Assembly (NCBI GenBank): GCA_027001995.1
Contig: JALTLO010000175.1
Location: forward strand, 1-10,076
Source: Planctomycetota bacterium
GTDB lineage: Bacteria; Planctomycetota; GCA-002687715; DRQF01
Direction of reading: 5' to 3'
DNA: 10,076 nucleotides
This document shows, one piece after another, positions 1 to 6,083 of this stretch. Both the position numbers and the translations under genes were made by a program. Below the pieces are notes generated by a model. That model was not told the DNA's origin. It worked only from the letters and a program-made list of their open reading frames with translations, and did no database searches. The stretch's first letter is position 1. Every line of letters begins with the position of its first letter.

Positions 1-1
1 A

Positions 2-1012
2 CTCTATACCGTGCCCGGACAGGTATATTACAACTCCACCCGCAAACTGGTTCTTCGGGGTGCAGATGGGGTGATCTTTGTTGCCGACTCCCAGACATCC
101 AAGCTCGAAGAGAACGTTGAGTCCATCGAGAACTTGGAAGAATGTCTGCAAGAGCAGGGAAGATCTCTGAGCGAGATGCCTCATGTCATTCAGTTCAACA
201 AGCGTGACTTAGACGACATCATGACGGTTGAGGAGTTAACGGAACAACTCAATCGCCATGGAGCTCCATGTTTGGAAGCCATGGCTGCCAGTGGCGAAGG
301 TGTCTTAGAGACTTTCAAAGCGTTGGCTGCCATGATGCTTGAAAAAGTGAAGGCTATGTCAACGGAGAGTGCGGCGAAACCCAGTGCAGGCAAATCGTCG
401 GGCAATGGGAAGGCAAGAGTGCAACCCATTCCTCTGACAGATAGCCAGAAACTACAAGGGGGAATCGCCGCTACCCCAGAGCGAGCTCAGCCCTTGGTTA
501 AGCTGTCGAATACACCTATCGATACTCTGCCCAAAGAGCCAGCTCGCCCAGCGGGATTTGAATCAACCTCGCTTACTCAACCGGCCCCCCCAGCGGAGGT
601 CCGACCAGCAGCGAGCTTGTCATCTCCGGAGCCCGTTGCCAGTGCGAGAAACCCCGCCCCAGCTCCTCAGGAGACGGAACCGTCACCAGGACAACAACCT
701 CAATCTTTATCGCCGACTCCGAGTTCTGCTCCAGCGCCAGCCGCCGCACTGGCCATGGAAACTGCGGCCCCAGAAGCAGCGGTTGCCACGATGGAGACCG
801 TTAAGCCTTCCATCCGCGAACCTCGTAGTGAGAAAAACCCCCGGCGTGTGCGCCGGGGTGTGACCTCCGGGGCCATGCAGATTATGGGTGAAGGCATGAT
901 GATTTCTTCATCCTCTCGGCGCCGAGGAGGTGACGGAAAGATATTTTGGGCCTTAGGCCTTCTTGTCCTGGGTGCCGCCGCAGCCGCGGGCTGGTACTAC
1001 TTCCTCAGATAA
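2..1012 (+). CDS. mglA: MglA-family small Ras-like GTPase (5' end outside window) with long Pro/Ala-rich C-terminal extension and terminal transmembrane helix
   Basis: Frame is open from position 2: LYTVPGQVYYNSTRKLVLRGADGVIFVADSQ (the MglA-type TVPGQ G3 motif), QFNKRDL (G4) and EAMA..GEGV (G5 region). The P-loop lies upstream of the window. A low-complexity P/A/S/E linker follows, then RRRGGDGK-IFWALGLLVLGAAAAAGWYYFLR-stop. Confidence 0.9.
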   Translation, partial: LYTVPGQVYYNSTRKLVLRGADGVIFVADSQTSKLEENVESIENLEECLQEQGRSLSEMPHVIQFNKRDLDDIMTVEELTEQLNRHGAPCLEAMAASGEGVLETFKALAAMMLEKVKAMSTESAAKPSAGKSSGNGKARVQPIPLTDSQKLQGGIAATPERAQPLVKLSNTPIDTLPKEPARPAGFESTSLTQPAPPAEVRPAASLSSPEPVASARNPAPAPQETEPSPGQQPQSLSPTPSSAPAPAAALAMETAAPEAAVATMETVKPSIREPRSEKNPRRVRRGVTSGAMQIMGEGMMISSSSRRRGGDGKIFWALGLLVLGAAAAAGWYYFLR

Positions 1013-1044
1013 GATCGTATTCCCCTGAAAAAGGACCCAGTCCC

Positions 1045-1554
1045 ATGAATGACAGCCAAAAACTAAAAGACAACCGCATGGTCTTCTACGAAGACGACAT
1101 TGAAGGCATGGTGAAAGTTCTTAAGGAGCTCAATCACATGTCAGGTGCCAAGTGCTCCCTTCTGATCGATAAAGAAGGCCACATGGTTGCTAAAGAGGGG
1201 GCGGTTCGTTCTTTCGACACCGATTCTCTTTCTGCCTTGGTGGCAGGCTCGTTTGCCGCTACCCGCGAAATGGCGCGGATGGTGGGAGAAGACGAGTTCT
1301 CGGTCATGTTCCATCAAGGCCAACGTGACAATCTGCAACTGACTTTGATTGATGATCGCACCATCCTGACGGTCATTTTTGATGACCAGACTCAACTGGG
1401 GATGATTCGTCTCTATACGGCAGAAGCCGCCAAGAAGCTCATGGAGTTGTTCGAGGCTTCCCGTAGTTCGAATTCGGACCGTCCCGGCCTGGAACTCGAC
1501 AACGATTTCGCCACCGCTGGCAAAGCCAACTTGGACGACGTCTTCGGCGTTTAG
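1045..1554 (+). CDS. mglB: MglB / Roadblock-LC7 domain protein (GAP partner of MglA)
   Basis: ATG at 1045 is preceded by AAGGA at 1031-1035; the 946 start in the ORF track overlaps mglA and is unlikely. Sequence MVFYEDD..AKCSLLIDKEGH..DTDSLSALVAGSFAATREMARMVGEDEFSVMFHQG..LTVIFDDQTQLGMIRL closely follows the Myxococcus MglB pattern, and the acidic C-terminal helix is present (NLDDVFGV). Confidence 0.9.
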   Translation: MNDSQKLKDNRMVFYEDDIEGMVKVLKELNHMSGAKCSLLIDKEGHMVAKEGAVRSFDTDSLSALVAGSFAATREMARMVGEDEFSVMFHQGQRDNLQLTLIDDRTILTVIFDDQTQLGMIRLYTAEAAKKLMELFEASRSSNSDRPGLELDNDFATAGKANLDDVFGV

Positions 1555-1717
1555 CCCGAGTACTCCCATCGAAGCTCACTGAGTTGCAATTGGCGTGAGT
1601 ATGAAGCTGGCCTTTGTGCTCGCGGGAGCCTCAATGTCTGGATCTCCATCGTCGAAGGAAGTCAAGCTTGGGCAAGGTGGGTCACTTTTCGCTTGGCATT
1701 TCCATGAGTTATTGAAG

Positions 1718-1726
1718 TGCTAGGAT
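1718..1726 (+). promoter_or_regulatory. Possible extended -10 promoter element for fic
   Basis: TG-C-TAGGAT lies 11 bp upstream of the first palindrome; no convincing -35 at canonical spacing. Confidence 0.3.
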
Positions 1727-1737
1727 ACTCAGCAGGC

Positions 1738-1812
1738 ATGAGCCGAATATCGGCCCTATTCGGCTCATATTTGTGTTGTTTGTGCGCCGAATGTCGGATA
1801 TGTTCGGCTCAT
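1738..1812. promoter_or_regulatory. Tandem palindromic operator-like sites upstream of, and overlapping the start of, fic
   Basis: Perfect 12-bp inverted repeat ATGAGCCGAATA-N7-TATTCGGCTCAT (1738-1768). A second degenerate copy GTGCGCCGAATG-N7-TGTTCGGCTCAT (1782-1812) ends in the AT of the fic ATG. Both spacers begin TCGG. Confidence 0.7.
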
Positions 1813-2917
1813 GAGCTTCAATTGGCAACAAGATGATTGGCCCTGCTTCAACTACGATCTTCAGGAATTAACGGAGTCGCTTCAACTCTACGCAGCTCGC
1901 ACAGAACGTCTCTGTGGGCAAACGGAAGCCTTCCATCAGGCCACCGCATTAGATGTCGCCATCAACGCGACGCTGGAAGAGGCGATGATGACATCTGGAA
2001 TCGAGGGAGAGGTTCTGAGTCGCCAAGATGTCGTTTCATCTATACGCAATAATTTGGGGCTAACCAGTGCCGATAGACAGCCCAAAGACCAACGGGCAGT
2101 TGGCATCGCAACCTTGCTAGTTGATGTGCGATCGACATTTGAAGAGCCCTTGAGCGCAACTGGTCTACGCAAGTGGCACAAATTTTTGATGTCTGGTAAC
2201 CCCTACATCAAAACCGGAGCTTGGCGAACCGGCACAACACCCATGCGAGTCGTTTCAGGGACGATCGGAAAGGAAACTGTTCATTTTGTCGCTCCCCCGT
2301 CTCAGTCAGTGCCAAGAGAAATGGCAACTTTCGTCCGGTGGTTCAACAAGACCGCGCCAGGTGCCAAAGAGGCCATAGAATTCGCTCCAATTCGATCTGC
2401 GATTGCCCATTTATACTTTGAGTCCATTCATCCCTTTGTAGATGGCAACGGGCGGATTGGCCGGGCTATCGCCGAAAAATCTCTCTTTCAAAATGCGGGC
2501 ATGGCTTTACCAATGAGTCTCTCCCAATCAATTCAGTCGAATCGACAATTGTATTATCAAGAGCTCCAGAAAGCCCAGGCTTCCAATTGCATTACGCCGT
2601 GGCTGGATTACTTTTTGTCAATGCTTTTGAATGCCCAAGATGAAGCCAGAGAGCGGGTGCAATTCGTCATCAAGAAAATGAAGTTCTTCGACCAGCACGG
2701 AAAGGAGCTCAATCTGCGGCAAGAGAAGGTTATCGTAAGAATGTTCGAAGAAGGTCCAGCCGGGTTCGAGGGCGGCATGAATGCGAAAAAATACATGCGC
2801 ATCTCAAGAACATCCAAAGCCACCGCCACGCGAGATTTGCAGGACCTCCACGGCAAGGGTATCTTTAGCAAGAACCCTGGCGGTGGCCGGAGCACTAGCT
2901 ACGCACTTGTCTATTAG
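1811..2917 (+). CDS. Fic family protein (DUF4172-like N-terminus, Fic domain, C-terminal winged HTH); class II, putative AMP transferase
   Basis: Canonical Fic motif HPFVDGNGRIGR (2429-2464). N-terminal inhibitory (S/T)xxxE(G/N) motif TSGIEG (1991-2008). N-terminus FNWQQDDWP and C-terminus NAKKYMRISRTSKATATRDLQDL..GGGRSTSY are typical of this architecture. Confidence 0.92.
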   Translation: MSFNWQQDDWPCFNYDLQELTESLQLYAARTERLCGQTEAFHQATALDVAINATLEEAMMTSGIEGEVLSRQDVVSSIRNNLGLTSADRQPKDQRAVGIATLLVDVRSTFEEPLSATGLRKWHKFLMSGNPYIKTGAWRTGTTPMRVVSGTIGKETVHFVAPPSQSVPREMATFVRWFNKTAPGAKEAIEFAPIRSAIAHLYFESIHPFVDGNGRIGRAIAEKSLFQNAGMALPMSLSQSIQSNRQLYYQELQKAQASNCITPWLDYFLSMLLNAQDEARERVQFVIKKMKFFDQHGKELNLRQEKVIVRMFEEGPAGFEGGMNAKKYMRISRTSKATATRDLQDLHGKGIFSKNPGGGRSTSYALVY

Positions 2918-3012
2918 AGGTACAGATATGGTACCCGATCAGATTCACCAGTTTTGCATTTTCTAATGACCGCACCCCGTATTCTGGCGTGTGTGTGCCT
3001 TGGCACGAATGA

Positions 3013-3057
3013 CGATTTCGTGAAAAATCGCCCGATTGCCCAATAGTCACGAATTCG
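3013..3057. repeat. Imperfect 11-bp inverted repeat in the fic to NuoE-like intergenic region
   Basis: CGATTTCGTGA (3013-3023) and TCACGAATTCG (3047-3057), 10/11 complementary, with a 23-bp spacer. Confidence 0.35.
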
Positions 3058-3145
3058 AGGACGCCCATGAGTACTCAGCAAAGTGACTTCCGCAAATCGG
3101 TTTTTGTGGCTAACCTCTGGGCATAGACGTCCGATGTGAGACCGA

Positions 3146-3622
3146 TTGGGGGAATTGGTTTTGGGGAATGCTGCTCAAATTATTGAAGTGGTGGAGCTTG
3201 TCGCCACAGTCGACACCTCTTATCCGGTTCTGTTGACCCTCTTGCGGTTGAAGCGAGGGGGCCTGGAGCTCGATAGGAGCTGCAGTCAAGTCATTGCCCG
3301 GGCCATGGATCGTGACCCTTCGCGGGTTTTCCAGTTGGCCCAGTGGGTAGAAGCTATTTGCTCTATCTCCGAAGCCGGGGTGATTGATCGCTGCGTGAGC
3401 GTCAGTTGCACCAGCAACGGAGCCCAAAACCTCTGGCGGGTTCTAGAGCCAGAGATGAAGTCTCTTGGCCTGGATACCCGGGTCCACCCGGTCCATTGTC
3501 TCGCTCGCTGCGAAAACGGACCCTGTCTCGCCCTTGTTGACGAGATTTATTTGGGCGAAAGCGAGAGTATCCATGAAGACGATCGTCCATGGCGAGAAGC
3601 ACCTTTCGATCAAGACCTATGA
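3146..3622 (+). CDS. NuoE-like / thioredoxin-like [2Fe-2S] ferredoxin domain protein (divergent, orphan)
   Basis: C-x4-C (CVSVSC, 3392-3409), then x29, then C-x3-C followed by ENGP (CLARCENGP, from 3497): the ligand pattern of thioredoxin-like [2Fe-2S] domains. The N-terminal helical part (VLLTLLRL..VIARAMDRDPSRVFQLAQW) resembles the NuoE N-domain. Start uncertain (TTG at 3146, 3155 or 3161; in-frame stop at 3137). Confidence 0.7.
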   Translation: MGELVLGNAAQIIEVVELVATVDTSYPVLLTLLRLKRGGLELDRSCSQVIARAMDRDPSRVFQLAQWVEAICSISEAGVIDRCVSVSCTSNGAQNLWRVLEPEMKSLGLDTRVHPVHCLARCENGPCLALVDEIYLGESESIHEDDRPWREAPFDQDL

Positions 3623-3712
3623 GGTGTAGGATTTCACTGGACTTCCTCGTGCTCATCAAACTTGGTTAGCCAAGGGGCTCATTTTCGAGTTTCCAAAACT
3701 CATTGGACAATC

Positions 3713-4291
3713 ATGGACGACTGGGATCTTCTTCAATCGAGTCAAGAAGGCGGCAAGGCCTACGAGGAAATCGTAGGTAAGCACTACCAGTCTGCTTTTC
3801 TCTTCGCTCGGCAAATTTTGGGTGATGATCACCGGGCCGAAGATGTGGTGCAAAAGGCGTTTGTCAACATTTACGTCGCAAGAGATCGAATGGAGCGCCG
3901 GGCAAAATTCAGGACCTTCTTGTTTCGTGTTGTCACCAATTTGGCCCTCAATGAACTCAAACGTAAGAAACCCCATCCATCCCTCTCAGAAGTTCATCCC
4001 GACCAAGACGGCGGTATAGGATCGAGCTTCTCAGACCCATCTACTAAGTCACCCCAAGCGCACCTCGAATCCCAGGAGCTGGGACAGATGATTGATGCGG
4101 CCCTCCAAAAACTACCCCCTAAGCATCGGGCTGCTCTGTATCTTCGGGAATACCAGCAATTGACCTACGCACGCATCGCGGAGGTCTTGGAAGCATCCAT
4201 GAACGAAGTGAAAATCTGGATTCACCGGGGCCGGAGCGCTTTGCAAGAGAACCTAAAACCCTATCTGGACCGAGGCGAGAGTATCTCATGA
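3713..4291 (+). CDS. ECF (sigma-70 group 4) RNA polymerase sigma factor
   Basis: Region 2 AYEEIVGKH..AEDVVQKAFVNIY..FRTFLFRVVTNLALNELKR; region 4 ALQKLPPKHRAALYLREYQQLTYARIAEVLEASMNEVKIWIHRGRSAL. ATG 3713 (MDDWDLL) gives a typical ECF N-terminus; upstream TTG at 3662 is less likely. Confidence 0.93.
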   Translation: MDDWDLLQSSQEGGKAYEEIVGKHYQSAFLFARQILGDDHRAEDVVQKAFVNIYVARDRMERRAKFRTFLFRVVTNLALNELKRKKPHPSLSEVHPDQDGGIGSSFSDPSTKSPQAHLESQELGQMIDAALQKLPPKHRAALYLREYQQLTYARIAEVLEASMNEVKIWIHRGRSALQENLKPYLDRGESIS

Positions 4292-5283
4292 GCGAAGCAG
4301 AGATAGATCTTCAATTGAACCTCTATTTGGATGGCGAGCTGCCGGACGACCAGAAAGCAGCCCTGGAGGAGCAGCTTTCAGCTTCTCCTGAGCTCAGAGA
4401 GCGCATGGAACGGTTGCGCCGAGCTAGCAAGGAACTGCAAAACTTTTTCACTGATTCTCAAATGATTCACGCAGCCAGCGAAACGGATAGAGACATGGTT
4501 GTGGAGAGAATCGTTCGGGAGAGCACAATGGAAGCAAGACGCAGTGGGATTGCAGGGGCCAACAAAAAGAAACCCTCGTATATCCTGGGGGGCAGCCTCG
4601 CCATTGCCGCAATCGCCGCCCTTTTCCTCTTGATTAGAGCCTGGGTCACCAGCGGCCCGGAGCCTACCCAATTGATCGAAGGAGCAAAGCGATCCATGCT
4701 TCAGGAGTACATGGAGGCCGAGGTCTATGTACCCAGTTTTGTCGCCCTGGTTCGCGAATTCAATCCCACTGGCTCTGACATCATTCCCAACACCCGTTGC
4801 CGCCTCAGAACCGGCCCCCAAGGACGATTCCATGTCTTCCTCACCGATGGCGACGACGGTACACCTTTGGCCCATATCGGATTCGACGGAAAACAGGGCT
4901 ATGTTTGGCGTAAAGATGACGACAAGGCCCAGATCTTAAGCCTGGAAGAAGTCCGAAAGCACCCCATTGCCGCCGCTGCTCTGTGGAGTTTGGACTCCAT
5001 GTTGAACGCTGTCAACGAAGGAGCGGAGCATCCAGATGCCCTTGAGTTAGTGGGGCGGGTGAAAGACGAGGCCAACAAGAAGCTGTGGAAGGTGCGCTTG
5101 GGAGGCCCCAAGACCAGTTTTCGGGCAAGTTATTGGTTTGACAACGACGGCAAACTACGCCGAATTTCCGCAGGGCCTGTGCAATTTGATATGAAGGAGG
5201 GGGTAGAGCTTGGCCCTGATGACTTCAAGCTGGAGACTGTGCTGCCCGGTATGTCCGGCAAGAAGAGCTCACGAGACCTATGA
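4288..5283 (+). CDS. Single-pass membrane anti-sigma factor with degenerate zf-HC2-like N-domain and putative LolA/RseB-like extracytoplasmic domain
   Basis: ATGA overlap with the sigma stop codon. N-terminal LNLYLDGELPDDQKAALEEQLSASPELRERMERLR is an anti-sigma domain with no HxxxCxxC. KKK precedes a TM helix (about 4579-4635). The beta-rich C-domain contains IGFDGKQGYVWR. Confidence 0.8.
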   Translation: MSEAEIDLQLNLYLDGELPDDQKAALEEQLSASPELRERMERLRRASKELQNFFTDSQMIHAASETDRDMVVERIVRESTMEARRSGIAGANKKKPSYILGGSLAIAAIAALFLLIRAWVTSGPEPTQLIEGAKRSMLQEYMEAEVYVPSFVALVREFNPTGSDIIPNTRCRLRTGPQGRFHVFLTDGDDGTPLAHIGFDGKQGYVWRKDDDKAQILSLEEVRKHPIAAAALWSLDSMLNAVNEGAEHPDALELVGRVKDEANKKLWKVRLGGPKTSFRASYWFDNDGKLRRISAGPVQFDMKEGVELGPDDFKLETVLPGMSGKKSSRDL

Positions 5284-5618
5284 AACCCACTGATATGCCC
5301 TTAGAAGTTTGGGAAGCCTTATGCCGCAAGTGCGGCAAGTGCTGCACGGAAAAGATCGACATCGACGGGCGCATTTATTCTTCCAAGAAGTACTGCCGCT
5401 TCCTCGACACTCGCATCATGCAATGCACCGTCTATGAAGACCGCCACGTGGCAGAACCGGGTTGCATGTCCGTTCCTGATGGTGTCAAGGCCGGCATCTT
5501 CCCAGCCGACTGCCCCTACATCCAAGACGTCAAAGACTACGTTCCCACCATTGAAGAATGGGACAACCCCGCCATCGACCAAGCTATCCGAGAAATCCTC
5601 GGCGACGACGCCATCTAA
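5280..5618 (+). CDS. YcgN/UPF0260-like CxxCxxCC cysteine-cluster (Zn or Fe-S binding) protein
   Basis: WEALCRKCGKCC..K....YCRFLD....CTVYEDR....PGC.......PADCPY, with 8 Cys in the YcgN arrangement; ATGA overlap with the anti-sigma stop codon. Confidence 0.82.
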   Translation: MKPTDMPLEVWEALCRKCGKCCTEKIDIDGRIYSSKKYCRFLDTRIMQCTVYEDRHVAEPGCMSVPDGVKAGIFPADCPYIQDVKDYVPTIEEWDNPAIDQAIREILGDDAI

Positions 5619-5628
5619 CACCCAATCA

Positions 5629-5901
5629 TCGCTCCCAGCCCCACACTACGAATACCCAGAATTGTTCTGTTGGATGGGCGAGAAGCCCCAGTCCAATGCC
5701 GAAGTCGATTGTGTCGTTTCTTTGGGTCCAAAGATTGTCCCGGTTGAAGTGAAAGCCGGCAAAACCGGAAGGCCCAAATCTCTTCCTCAAGGAGGAAAAC
5801 CACCACTTTGCTCTTCGCTTCAATTCAACTACCGCCTCCTGTCGCTTCCCCACGACCTCATCTGCCCAGTCCGGCGTCTCGGCCACGAATCCATGCCCTA
5901 A
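5629..5901 (+). pseudogene. C-terminal remnant of an AAA+ ATPase / DUF4143 PD-(D/E)xK-like protein, truncated and frameshifted
   Basis: PELFCWMGEKPQSNAEVDCVVSLGPKIVPVEVKAGKTGRPKSL matches the (Y)W..EVD..P(I/V)EVK.G signature. The expected continuation LFLKEENHHFALRFNS is in a different frame (5780-5827), after which the original frame resumes with YRLLSLP. There is no start codon or ATPase domain. Confidence 0.75.
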
Positions 5902-5957
5902 CCCCGCCTTGTAAACGACTGAACTGAAAATGAATGTCATTGCCACCTTCTTCTTGA

Positions 5958-5987
5958 CTGACAGAGAAGAGTGTTTCTCGTTAGGAT
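5958..5987 (+). promoter_or_regulatory. Possible sigma-70-type promoter for the SNF2-SWIM pair
   Basis: CTGACA-N18-TAGGAT, overlapped by short inverted repeats GAGAA/TTCTC (5964-5979) and AGGAT/ATCCT (5983-5993). Confidence 0.25.
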
Positions 5988-6083
5988 CATCCTGAAAATC
6001 AAACGTCACGTGAACTGCCGGCGAAATGTTCAGCAGTTAGCTAGAAACCGTTGCGCTGACTTCTTCCTATGAAAGGACGAGCC

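Noticed and set aside
946..1044. N-terminal extension of mglB (MGLRPSCPGCRR...) with an apparent CxxC
   Set aside because: It overlaps the mglA TM-coding region in another frame; the RBS and homology support a start at 1045.
1738..1812. Mini-CRISPR array
   Set aside because: Only two degenerate units separated by 13 bp, and no cas genes; it fits an operator better.
3000..3016. Sigma-54 promoter at TTGGCACG
   Set aside because: The -24 element is good, but there is no TTGC at the -12 position (AATGACGA follows).
3657..3701. Autoregulatory ECF promoter or hairpins (CTTGG-TTAG-CCAAG, GAGTTT/AAACTC) before the sigma gene
   Set aside because: The stems are only 5-6 bp and there is no clear GGAAC/CGTC-type match; indistinguishable from chance.
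5434..5901. 155-aa ORF as an intact gene
   Set aside because: The first ~60 codons are an off-frame reading of the YcgN-like gene; only the distal part is a DUF4143 remnant.
6011..6039. AACTGC...GCAGTT inverted repeat upstream of SNF2 as an SOS box or HTH operator
   Set aside because: The arms are only 6 bp and match no LexA box I can support; too weak without comparative data.
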